DNA of 64,000 nt from Candidatus Acidiferrales bacterium (GTDB taxonomy: Bacteria; Acidobacteriota; Terriglobia; Acidiferrales; UBA7541), in the NCBI GenBank assembly GCA_035631855.1, contig DASQHY010000107.1:6107-70106 (forward strand). Direction: 5' to 3'. The first letter of the stretch is position 1, and each line of letters starts with the position of its first letter. The translations under genes and the position numbers were made by a program. This document shows positions 28,800 through 38,084 of this stretch, one piece after another. The notes beneath the pieces are model-generated. The model was not told where the DNA came from and did no database searches. It saw only the letters and a program-made list of their open reading frames with translations.

Positions 28800-30197
28800 T
28801 CAGCTCTCCAGATTGTAGCCCTCCTCGCCGTGCTGGGTGACGTCGAGCCCCTGGATTTCGTGCTCTTCGGGAACACGCAAACCGATGACCGCGTCCACAA
28901 GCTTCAGAATAATGAGTGTTCCAACAACGGCCAGTCCCCATGCGATGGCCACGCCAACCAATTGATTGAGAAGCTGGCCGGCATTGCCGTCCACCGCTCC
29001 GACAGCGAGCGCGTTTCCCTGAGCATCCTTGAAAATGGGATTGACGGCGCGCACGGCAAAGACTCCCGTGAGCAGGGCGCCAATCGTTCCGCCGGCCCCG
29101 TGAACGCCGAAGGCGTCGAGCGAATCATCGTAACCAAAACGCGCTTTCACGCGCGTGACCATCCAATAGCAACACACCCCGGCAATCCCTCCGATGACCA
29201 GCGCGGACATCGGGCTGACAAATCCTGCGGCGGGAGTAATGGCCACGAGACCTGCGACCGCTCCCGAAATCGCGCCCAGGGCGCTGGGTTTTCCCGAGCG
29301 CAGCCATTCTGCGGCCAGCCAGCCGATCACCGCAGCGGCGGCGGCAAAGTGCGTCGCGACAAAGGCACTGGTCGCAAGACTTCCGGCGGCCAACGCGCTT
29401 CCCGCGTTGAAGCCGAACCATCCGACCCACAGCAAGCAGGCGCCGATGAAGCTGAGTACCACGCTGTGCGGCGGCATGGGAACTTTCGGGTAGCCCAGAC
29501 GCTTGCCGAGATACAGCGCGCAGACCAGCGCGGAAACTCCGGAACTGATATGCACGACTGTCCCGCCCGCAAAATCCAGCGTGGGGAAGGCGCCGCCGAG
29601 TGAGGCGTTGAGCATACCTCCCTTGCCCCACACCATGTGCGCGAGCGGCGCATACACCACCACGAACCACAGCGTCATAAAGGCCACGGCGGCGCTGAAC
29701 TTCAAGCGCTCGGCAAACGCGCCGGTGATCAGCGCGGGCGTGATGATGGCAAACATCAACTGATACACCATGAAGGTCAGTTGAGGAATCGTCGGGGCAT
29801 AGTCGGCATTGGGAGATGCGCCGACGCCGCGCAAAAAGGCGTGACCCAAGCCGCCGAGAAAGCGGCTGCCTTCACCGAAACACAGGCTATACCCGAACAG
29901 TCCCCAAAGAACGGTGATGAGCGCCATCAGCGCGAAGCTCTGCATCATGGTGGCGAGAACATTTTTTCTGCGGACGAGGCCACCGTAGAACAGCGCCAGG
30001 CCGGGGCCGGTCATGAGCAGAACGAGGGCTGCGCTGACCAGCATCCACGCGTTATCCGCGGAAGACTGCGCGGCGGCAACTTGCTGCTGAAGAGCGCTAA
30101 TCTGTCCGGAGCTGGAAGACTGGGCGAATGCGACGGAACACGCGGGGAGGCTTACCCCCAGATATACAAGAACTGCGGCGGCGCGCGGAAGGCGCAT
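28800..30197 (-). CDS. amtB: ammonium transporter
   Basis: Signal peptide, then 11 TM helices. Amt signatures DFAGGTVVH, GFNAGS and DDSLDAFGVHGAGG. I prefer ATG 30197 (SD AGAGGGA) over the track TTG 30203. Confidence 0.93.
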   Translation of the reverse strand: MRLPRAAAVLVYLGVSLPACSVAFAQSSSSGQISALQQQVAAAQSSADNAWMLVSAALVLLMTGPGLALFYGGLVRRKNVLATMMQSFALMALITVLWGLFGYSLCFGEGSRFLGGLGHAFLRGVGASPNADYAPTIPQLTFMVYQLMFAIITPALITGAFAERLKFSAAVAFMTLWFVVVYAPLAHMVWGKGGMLNASLGGAFPTLDFAGGTVVHISSGVSALVCALYLGKRLGYPKVPMPPHSVVLSFIGACLLWVGWFGFNAGSALAAGSLATSAFVATHFAAAAAVIGWLAAEWLRSGKPSALGAISGAVAGLVAITPAAGFVSPMSALVIGGIAGVCCYWMVTRVKARFGYDDSLDAFGVHGAGGTIGALLTGVFAVRAVNPIFKDAQGNALAVGAVDGNAGQLLNQLVGVAIAWGLAVVGTLIILKLVDAVIGLRVPEEHEIQGLDVTQHGEEGYNLES

Positions 30198-30409
30198 CGT
30201 CAAATTCCCTCTTGTGCTTCCATTAAGGACGGAATCGGCGAATCGTAGCCTGTATTATACAAAGAGCGGCCAAGGACGCTACAAGAAAGTGCGGAAGAAT
30301 CTGGGAGCGGAAGGGCGGTTTACAGCGGCACTGAGGGATGATATGAGAACTGCGCGATTGTTGGCTGCTCGGAACGGGGCAAAGACTTGGGCTCCGGCTT
30401 GCGGGACTC

Positions 30410-33400
30410 ATGGAGGACGACATGTTTGGTGAAGGGAAACTGGGAAAAAGCTTTCGCGCTGCGCTGCTCATTTTCGGATTGATGACTGCAGTCGGCGGCC
30501 CGTGCCGCGCAGGAGATACCCCGCCGGGCCGCGATCCGAAGCAGCCGGTCAATGAGGAATATACGAAAAAGATCCGCGAATATACGACCCAGCCCAACTT
30601 TAAGTCGCCCCTGGTGGATTACCTGCCCGCTTCGAAGACGGTGCCCGCTCCGGATGCGGTGCTGGGGGACGTGGCCGGCGCGCCGAACATTCTGCCTTAC
30701 TCGCAGCAGGTGTATCAGTACATGCGCATGCTCGAAAAGGCCAGCCCGCGCGTGAAGGTCTTTTCGATCGGGCGCACCGAGGAGGGCCGCGAGATGATCG
30801 CGGTGGCCGTGTCGTCGGAGGGGAACCTGGCCAAGCTGGAAGAAAACCGCGCGCGCTTGGCGAAGCTGGCCGACCCGCGCACAATCCAACTCAATGACGC
30901 AGACGCCGATCGGCTCGTCGCAGCTTCCGTGCCGGTGTACTACGTCACCGGGACGATCCATTCGCCGGAAACGGGCGCGCCGACCGCGCTCATGGAGATG
31001 GCTTACCGGCTCGCGGTGGACGAAAGCGCCTACATCCGCGAGATTCGCAACGGTGTCATTACGCTCATCACGCCAATCGTCGAAGTGGATGGGCGCGACC
31101 GCATGGTGGATGTCTATCGCTGGCACCTCGCACACCCAAAGCAGAATTATCCGCCGCTCATCTATTGGGGGAAGTATGTGGCCCACGACAACAACCGCGA
31201 TGCCATGGGCATGACACTCAAGCTGACGGAAAACGTCCTGAACACGTTTGTAGGGTGGAAAGCACAGGTGCTGCATGACCTCCACGAATCGGTCCCCTAT
31301 CTTTACGACAATACCGCGGGCGACGGGCCATTCAACGCGTGGGTGGATCCGATCCTTACCAACGAGTGGGAGATCCTGGGCTGGCGCAACGTGGCGGACA
31401 TGACCGAGATGGGCATGCCGGGCGTTTTCACGCACGGGCAGTTTGACACGTGGTCGCCGGGCTATCTGATGTTCATCGCAGCGATGCACAACGGCATCAG
31501 CCGGCTGTATGAAACTTTCGGGAACGGCGGCGCAGACACCGTCGAGCGAACGCTTACCCCGAACGAATATCAGCGAGCGTGGTGGCGGCAGAACCCGCCG
31601 CAGCCCAAGACACTGTGGTCGCAGCGGGACAACAACAACTACGAAGAGACTGGGTTGCTGACTTCCCTGCACTATTTTTCCGAAAACGGCAGGTTGTTCC
31701 TGAAGAATTTTTATCTCAAGGCGAAACGTTCGGTGAGCAAGCCTGCGAACGAAGGGCCCGCGGCCTACGTATTCCCGGCGGACGACCCGCGCCTGGGAGC
31801 GCAGGCCGAATTGCTGCGGGTGTTGCAGAAACAAGGCGTCGAGATTTCACGGGCGACAGCGGCATTTTCCGTGACCATTCCGCCGAAGAAGCCCCTACGG
31901 CGTCCCCCGGCGGGACAATCGCAAGGCGCCGCCCCGGTACCAACTCCAGGTACGGACAAGAGCACCGCCGGGCCGGCGACGCTGCAATTTCCGGCGGGAA
32001 GCTACCTCGTCCGGATGGACCAGCCGTATTCGAGGATTGCGGACGCACTTCTCGATTATCAATACTGGAGTCCGGAAGACCCGCAGAAGACTCCTTACGA
32101 CGACACGGGCTGGACATTCGGCGAGCTGTTCCATGTGCGCGTGGTTCGCGTGACCGACGTGAAAGTTCTTGACGTGCCGATAGAGAAGGCCACGAAGATC
32201 GCGCCGCCCTCGGGCGTTGCGGGAAACGGGACGATTTACGCGTTCAACCACAATGGGGACACAGCACTGGCGACGCTGCGCTACCGCATGAAAAACGCCT
32301 CGATTGAGGCTGCGGAAGAGCCATTTGAAACAGGTGGACGCAAATTCAACCGCGGATCGTTCCTGGTGAAGGATGCCAGCGCAACGGAACTCGAGCGCGC
32401 CGCTTCCGAACTGGGATTGCAGGGGTACGCGGTCAACGCGGCGCCCGCAGTGAAAACGCATCCGGTGCGAGCGGCACGCGTAGCCCTGCTACACACCTGG
32501 CTGAGCACGCAGACCGAAGGGTGGTGGCGGCAAGCGCTCGACAGCATGCAGATTCCATTCGACTACATCAGCACGCAAACGGCAGGGGGAATGGACGACC
32601 TGCGCGCGAAATACGACGTGATCCTATTTCCGCCGGTAGGGCGCGGCGACCCAAGCCAGATTGTCAATGGGCTGCCTACAGCGTGGGGGAATCCGCTGCC
32701 GTGGAAGGCGACAGTGGAGACACCCAATATCGGGAAGGAAGATTCGACTGACGACATGCGGCCGGGGTTGGGGTGGAGCGGCGTGGCTCACCTGAAGGAT
32801 TTTGTCGAGAAAGGAGGCGTGCTCCTGACGGTGATGGACACGGCGAACTTTGCAGCAACCGAGGGAATGACGCCGGGCGTAACGATTGTGCGGCCGCAGC
32901 GAATGAAGATCGCCGGTGCGGTTGTGCGCGCCAAGCTCTTGGACGATGCGAGCCCCATGGCCTATGGGTACGGCGATGACTTGTCGGTGTACTGTGCGAA
33001 TGGACCGATCTTCAACCTGAGCAATCTTTCGAGTGGCGGAGGATTCCGCCGGCTGGGTCCCGAGCAAACGATACGGGCGACCGGGCGCGGGGCTGCAGAC
33101 GATCCGGACTACGTCCCCGGGCGCGCGGCCACCGAAACTCCGGAGGAGCCGCACGCCGAGCCGTGGGAAGCGCTGCCGGTGACCGACGAACAACTGCGCA
33201 ACCCGATCAACGTGATTCCGCCGGTTGATCGGCCGCGCGTGATCTTCCGGTACGCCGATGCCAAGGACCTGCTGGTGTCGGGCCTGGTGGATGGAGGCAA
33301 CGAAATCGCCCAGCACCCCGCGGTGATTGACGTCCCCTCCGGCGCGGGGCATATCGTGCTGTTTTCCAATAATCCGATTTACCGCGGCGAGACGCAGGGA

Positions 33401-33475
33401 AGTTATTTCCTGGTGCTGAACGTGATCCTGAATTTCGACAATTTGAACGCGGGCAGGAAGCTGGCGGAAAAATAG
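30410..33475 (+). CDS. M14-family metallocarboxypeptidase-like large secreted protein
   Basis: 1021 aa with a signal peptide. The zinc motif HSPETG (HxxE) sits in YYVTGTIHSPETGAPTALMEMAY. Confidence 0.8.
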   Translation: MEDDMFGEGKLGKSFRAALLIFGLMTAVGGPCRAGDTPPGRDPKQPVNEEYTKKIREYTTQPNFKSPLVDYLPASKTVPAPDAVLGDVAGAPNILPYSQQVYQYMRMLEKASPRVKVFSIGRTEEGREMIAVAVSSEGNLAKLEENRARLAKLADPRTIQLNDADADRLVAASVPVYYVTGTIHSPETGAPTALMEMAYRLAVDESAYIREIRNGVITLITPIVEVDGRDRMVDVYRWHLAHPKQNYPPLIYWGKYVAHDNNRDAMGMTLKLTENVLNTFVGWKAQVLHDLHESVPYLYDNTAGDGPFNAWVDPILTNEWEILGWRNVADMTEMGMPGVFTHGQFDTWSPGYLMFIAAMHNGISRLYETFGNGGADTVERTLTPNEYQRAWWRQNPPQPKTLWSQRDNNNYEETGLLTSLHYFSENGRLFLKNFYLKAKRSVSKPANEGPAAYVFPADDPRLGAQAELLRVLQKQGVEISRATAAFSVTIPPKKPLRRPPAGQSQGAAPVPTPGTDKSTAGPATLQFPAGSYLVRMDQPYSRIADALLDYQYWSPEDPQKTPYDDTGWTFGELFHVRVVRVTDVKVLDVPIEKATKIAPPSGVAGNGTIYAFNHNGDTALATLRYRMKNASIEAAEEPFETGGRKFNRGSFLVKDASATELERAASELGLQGYAVNAAPAVKTHPVRAARVALLHTWLSTQTEGWWRQALDSMQIPFDYISTQTAGGMDDLRAKYDVILFPPVGRGDPSQIVNGLPTAWGNPLPWKATVETPNIGKEDSTDDMRPGLGWSGVAHLKDFVEKGGVLLTVMDTANFAATEGMTPGVTIVRPQRMKIAGAVVRAKLLDDASPMAYGYGDDLSVYCANGPIFNLSNLSSGGGFRRLGPEQTIRATGRGAADDPDYVPGRAATETPEEPHAEPWEALPVTDEQLRNPINVIPPVDRPRVIFRYADAKDLLVSGLVDGGNEIAQHPAVIDVPSGAGHIVLFSNNPIYRGETQGSYFLVLNVILNFDNLNAGRKLAEK

Positions 33476-33541
33476 GCCGCTTCACCCCCAGGCATCGCCC
33501 AACAATAGTGCGGCGTTTCTTGGTGCCCTGCGCGGGAGCTC

Positions 33542-34834
33542 TTACTGCTTGTAACGGCTCTTATAAAAGTCAATCTGCTGCTGAATCTGCTCCGGCGTCA
33601 GCCCTGATGTCCACTTGTGGAAGTCGGTCTTCATCACGTCGGCGGTGACGCCGGGCAGAAGCGCTTCCGCCTCGGGAATGAATTCCGTATAGAAATGCTT
33701 CGCCACCTCGTAGAATCCATGCCACTGCGTGTAGTCGGGCCCCATCATGGCCGTCCCCATGCGCGCGCGGCGGCCTTCGTGGTGCCACAGCTCATAATAG
33801 GTCCATTCGATCTTTTCATCGAAGGGCGTGCGCGTCAGCTTGCCCGAGGCGTAGAGCTTGTCCATGATGCTCTTTGCCGGCTTGGCGAATTTTTCGTTGT
33901 ACAGCTCGATGGAACCCTCGTATTGCTTGTAGAAATTCTCCACCCACCCCGTAGCGTGGCAGTTGAAGCAGACATCCTGCATGGCAGCGCGGCGGTTCTC
34001 CCAATTTTCAAGGTGCGTAGTCACCACGGGGCGCAGGGTGAAGCTGATGCGGTCGCCGACGTCATGGGTGATGGCTTGGTTCGTGGTTGCGCTCATGTGG
34101 CAGGTTGCGCACGTGGGGGCCGCGGAATAGTCCTTACCCACAATCCACGATTTCGAGTCCAGGTTCATCTTCGCGATGTTGGCCCGGAACTGAATCCCGT
34201 GCTTTGACTCCGTGTAGATTTCAATCTGCGGATGGTCGGGGCCCATGTGGCACTTGCCGCAGTTTTCGGGCTGGCGCGCTTGCGCCGAGCTGAAACTGTG
34301 CCTGCCGTGGCAAGCCGCGCAGGTCCCCTTGCTGCCGTCGGGATTCACCCGCCCGATTCCGCTGTTCGGCCATGTGGCGGCGTCAAATTTCCCTTTGCCG
34401 ATGTATTTCACTTCGCTGCCGTGGCACTGGCGACAGCCGTTGACGGCGGCGGGGCCTCCCTCGACGATCTCCCCAAGCATGTTGTCCAGCGAGCCGATGA
34501 ATTGCGCCGCCCCGGCGTGGTGGCTCTTTTCGAACTGCTGCACTTCTTTCGCATGGCATCGCCCGCAGTAGTTCGGCGTAACGATTACAGCAATCTGGGC
34601 GCCGTAGTGTTCAAACGCCGCGGGGTCCTTCGGTTCGGCCTTGTGACACGAGTAGCAGTCCACATCCTTTTTCGCGTGCGCGCTGACACGCCATTGTTCG
34701 ACCACGCCCGGGGTCGTGGTTGCGTGGCACGCCAGACATTCCTCTCCCTCGGGCGACACCTTCGCCTTCTGTGCGTGCGCCGGCGCCGAACAGAGAACGC
34801 CAATGGCGCAGATAACGACGACATGAGCTCGCAT
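33542..34834 (-). CDS. octaheme c-type cytochrome, hydroxylamine oxidoreductase (HAO)-like family
   Basis: Eight CxxCH motifs: CLACH, CYSCH, CGRCH, CRQCH, CAACH, CGKCH, CATCH, CFNCH. HAO-type blocks CGKCHMGPDHPQ and ELWHHEGRRARMG. Signal peptide from ATG 34834, which has SD GAGGAGG. Confidence 0.85.
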   Translation of the reverse strand: MRAHVVVICAIGVLCSAPAHAQKAKVSPEGEECLACHATTTPGVVEQWRVSAHAKKDVDCYSCHKAEPKDPAAFEHYGAQIAVIVTPNYCGRCHAKEVQQFEKSHHAGAAQFIGSLDNMLGEIVEGGPAAVNGCRQCHGSEVKYIGKGKFDAATWPNSGIGRVNPDGSKGTCAACHGRHSFSSAQARQPENCGKCHMGPDHPQIEIYTESKHGIQFRANIAKMNLDSKSWIVGKDYSAAPTCATCHMSATTNQAITHDVGDRISFTLRPVVTTHLENWENRRAAMQDVCFNCHATGWVENFYKQYEGSIELYNEKFAKPAKSIMDKLYASGKLTRTPFDEKIEWTYYELWHHEGRRARMGTAMMGPDYTQWHGFYEVAKHFYTEFIPEAEALLPGVTADVMKTDFHKWTSGLTPEQIQQQIDFYKSRYKQ

Positions 34835-34938
34835 GGAAGAGTCCTCCTCACCGGTGTCGGGAGGGGCAAGAGACACCGGAAACCCGCTGCGCTGATTCTA
34901 CTTTTTCCGCGGTGATTTTCAATCACGAAACTACGGGT

Positions 34939-35796
34939 TCAATCCTGCAAGAATGCGGTAGTCTCGTTTAGAAAAAGGTCCAACTGGTCGTGGTGCACCC
35001 AGTGTCCCGAGTTGGGCACTTTGACCAGGCGGCAATTGCGGATGGCCTTCAGGCGGGGATCGGCTTCCGGAGCCGGCGAAAAACTCTCCAGGCCCCAGAA
35101 CATCAGCGTCGGGGAAGCAATCTGGCCGTATAACTCGGCCACATCGGCGACGTGGTGGCCGTAGGGCGAAAACACGCGGACATAATTATCGAACTTCCAG
35201 ACCAGGGAGCCATCCGCGTCCCAGTTGGTGCCGTGCAGCGTCAAGTGGCGCGCGACCTCATCGGAGAGGTGCGGATTCTTTTCCTTCATGCGCGCCATGG
35301 CCGCGTCTATATCCGGATAGCTGCGCTGCTGGCGCTTTTCGAGGCCGCGGATGTCTTCAATCCAGCGCCGCATCCGTTCCGAAGCGGGGCCGTGAACGCG
35401 GTGCTTCTGCGGAAACCCCAACCCTTCGATGGAAACCGCCTTGCGGACACGATCCGGATACACTCCTGCGTAATGCAGGACGATCACACCGCCAAGAGAG
35501 TGACCCACCAGGCGAATCGGAAAGTCGTCAATGATGTCGAGCAGCGCGGATAAGTCGAGCACGTGCTCGACGATGCTGTACGCCGCGCCGGGCGCCCACG
35601 CGCTGTTGCCGTGCCCGCGCAAATCGAGCGCGTACACGTGGTAGTGCTCGCGGAGCGACCGGGCGACCCAGTCCCAATTGCGAGCATGGTCCAGACCGCC
35701 GTGAACGAGCACCAGCGAGGGCCGGCCATCCTGGCCGTAGTCCCAGAACTGCAGCTTCAGGCGGTCCGAATAGAAGAAGTGGGAAATGGGCTCCAT
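34939..35796 (-). CDS. alpha/beta hydrolase
   Basis: HGGLDHARNW, the nucleophile elbow GHSLGG, and a C-terminal His (SGHWVHHD). I chose the internal ATG 35796 (MEPISHFF) over the track start at 35907. Confidence 0.8.
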   Translation of the reverse strand: MEPISHFFYSDRLKLQFWDYGQDGRPSLVLVHGGLDHARNWDWVARSLREHYHVYALDLRGHGNSAWAPGAAYSIVEHVLDLSALLDIIDDFPIRLVGHSLGGVIVLHYAGVYPDRVRKAVSIEGLGFPQKHRVHGPASERMRRWIEDIRGLEKRQQRSYPDIDAAMARMKEKNPHLSDEVARHLTLHGTNWDADGSLVWKFDNYVRVFSPYGHHVADVAELYGQIASPTLMFWGLESFSPAPEADPRLKAIRNCRLVKVPNSGHWVHHDQLDLFLNETTAFLQD

Positions 35797-35905
35797 AGAA
35801 GGCCGGCAAATTATAGCAATGATTGGCCCGGGAAACTTGCCGCTTGCCGTTTTCCGCCGACGGCCGCTTGAGAAGCGACAGCTTAGTGATACTATTCGCC
35901 GCATC

Positions 35906-37135
35906 ATGAGCGATTCAGAGGGTCTTCTCTCCGGAATCCGCGTGATTGACTGCGGAACCTACATTGCCGGGCCGGCGGCTGCGGCGGTCATGTCGGATTT
36001 TGGCGCAGAGGTGATCAAGATCGAGCGCCCGCCTTACGGAGATCCCGGCCGTTTTCTTTCGCTCCTGCCCGGAGCGCCCGTATCGAAGCATCTCTATTGC
36101 TGGATTCTTGACGGCCGGAACAAGAAGAGTGTGGCGCTGAATCTGGAGCACCCCGCGGCGCGCGAAGCGCTGTTGAAGCTGGTGGCGGCCGCGGACGTTT
36201 TCATCACCAACTACCAGGCACCGCTGCTGAGAAAGTTCGCGCTGGAGTACGAAGACTTGCGGCGTGTAAACGACCGCCTGATTTATGCGCTGATCACCGG
36301 ATTCGGGGAGGTGGGCGCCGATGCGGAAAAGCCCGCCTACGATCAGACGGCGTACTGGGGGCGCTCCGGCTTGATGTCCACCATGCACAACGCCGACGCG
36401 GAGCCTTGCCGGTCGACCACCGGCTTCGGCGACCATCCCACGGCCATGACCGTTTTTGGAGGCATCATGTTGGGCCTCTACCGCCGGGGAATCACCGGGA
36501 AGGGCATGCGGATTTCCACGTCGCTGATGGCCAACGGCGCGTGGTCGAACGCCAGCATGATTCAGGCAGCGATGGTGGGCGCGCAATTCCAGCCGAGGAC
36601 AACGCGCAAGACCGTGGCCAACCCGCTGGTGAATCACTACCTGACCCGCGATGCCAAGCGAATCATGGTTTGCGGACTCGATCCGAAAAAGGATTGGAGC
36701 AACTTCTGCTGCGCGCTCGGGCATCCGGAATGGATCGAGGACCCGCGCTTCCGCACCCCGGAACTGCGCCGAACGAACTCGGCGGCGCTGGTAACCGCTA
36801 TTGACGAAACGCTCGGGGCGAGGGACCTGACGGATTGGGCGGAGATCCTTCGCCAGCACGAAGTGATCTGGGCGCCGGTGCTCAGCCTCGCGGAGGCGGC
36901 CAACGATCCGCAGATGGAAGAGAACGGCGTGTATGCCGAGATCGCCCCGGGAATGCGCACGGTAAATAATCCGTTGGTCGTTTCCGGCACAGAAAAGGTA
37001 AAGCCGCGAATGGCGCCGGAAGTGGGCGAGCACACTCTGGAGGTGCTGCGCGATGCCGGCTACAGCGAGGAAGCGCTTGCGGATATGGTGCGGCGAGGCG
37101 CGGCAGTTGCCGGGCAGCCTCAGGGAAAGAAGTAA
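35906..37135 (+). CDS. CaiB/BaiF family III CoA-transferase
   Basis: The N-terminal IRVIDCGTYIAGPAAAAVMSDFGAEVIKIE is typical of the family. I chose the internal ATG 35906. Confidence 0.88.
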   Translation: MSDSEGLLSGIRVIDCGTYIAGPAAAAVMSDFGAEVIKIERPPYGDPGRFLSLLPGAPVSKHLYCWILDGRNKKSVALNLEHPAAREALLKLVAAADVFITNYQAPLLRKFALEYEDLRRVNDRLIYALITGFGEVGADAEKPAYDQTAYWGRSGLMSTMHNADAEPCRSTTGFGDHPTAMTVFGGIMLGLYRRGITGKGMRISTSLMANGAWSNASMIQAAMVGAQFQPRTTRKTVANPLVNHYLTRDAKRIMVCGLDPKKDWSNFCCALGHPEWIEDPRFRTPELRRTNSAALVTAIDETLGARDLTDWAEILRQHEVIWAPVLSLAEAANDPQMEENGVYAEIAPGMRTVNNPLVVSGTEKVKPRMAPEVGEHTLEVLRDAGYSEEALADMVRRGAAVAGQPQGKK

Positions 37136-37139
37136 TCTC

Positions 37140-38018
37140 ATGAGAGGGGCGGGAGGAACTCTAGTGACGGGTTTCCTTGCAATCCTGGCGGGCACATCCC
37201 TGGCGACAGGACAACAAGGGGGATCCGGCGGCAGAATGAAGAGAATGCGAGCGCCTCCGGTGTCTTTCTTGGGGTTCGACAGAAATGTCTACCCCGGTGA
37301 TGCAGCACTCCCAGCGCTCAAAAAGACATTCGCTTTTTCCGGGTATTGGCTCAGCCCGCCTCCAGGACAAACGGCCAGCACTTGGGAAGGAAAGCGCAGG
37401 GCCTTGCGCGCTCAAGGGTTCGGTTTCCTGGTCCTATACAGGGGAAGAAGCTACCCGGAACTCGATGCCGCCGCTGACACAAGCACCCTGGGAGACCAGG
37501 ATGCGAGAGATGCCGTAAGAGCGGCACAAAGGGAAGGGTTCAACCGCGGCACCGTAGTTTTCCTCGACTTCGAAGAGGGCGGGCGGCTGCTTCCGAAGCA
37601 GCGGGCGTACCTGCATGCCTGGATTGATCGCGTTGACCGGGAGAAGTATCAAGCTGGCGTCTACTGTTCCGGAATCGTCGTGAAGGACCGCAGCGGCCAA
37701 GAAGTGAGGACGGATGCAGACATAGCCATACACGCAGGGCAGCGAAAAATTGTCTATTGGATCTATAACGATGCCTGTCCTCCATCTCCAGGCTGCGATT
37801 TCTCAACCCCTCTTCGAGAACCGCGACAAAGCGGGTCACCCTTTGCATCAGTCTGGCAATTTGCTCAGTCTCCGCGAAGGGCTGCTTTCACGAAAGGTTG
37901 CCCGGCGAACTATCATGCAGATGGAAACTGTTACGCGCCAGCGACAGCAGCGGTAGGCCCCCTCTTTGTGGATTTGAACGTGGCGGATTCGCCGGACCCG
38001 TCTCATGGGCGCCGGTGA
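37140..38018 (+). CDS. secreted glycoside-hydrolase-like protein (DUF1906/Rv2525c-like, tentative)
   Basis: Signal peptide, then GFDRNVYPG...FSGYWL...GFGFLVLY. The family call is from memory of the pattern only. The start is ATG 37140, just after the upstream stop. Confidence 0.55.
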   Translation: MRGAGGTLVTGFLAILAGTSLATGQQGGSGGRMKRMRAPPVSFLGFDRNVYPGDAALPALKKTFAFSGYWLSPPPGQTASTWEGKRRALRAQGFGFLVLYRGRSYPELDAAADTSTLGDQDARDAVRAAQREGFNRGTVVFLDFEEGGRLLPKQRAYLHAWIDRVDREKYQAGVYCSGIVVKDRSGQEVRTDADIAIHAGQRKIVYWIYNDACPPSPGCDFSTPLREPRQSGSPFASVWQFAQSPRRAAFTKGCPANYHADGNCYAPATAAVGPLFVDLNVADSPDPSHGRR

Positions 38019-38084
38019 GCAGGCTACGCCCATGCATCGTCGACCGCGCACACTCTTTCGCACCGAATCCTGAGTTTGGTGTCT

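Noticed and set aside
30198-30409. Expected NtrC/sigma-54 promoter upstream of amtB.
   Set aside because: I found no GG-N10-GC element with flanking TGGCAC/TTGC similarity on the minus strand. Only a sigma-70-like TATAAT is present, and it is reported in the findings rather than as a sigma-54 site.
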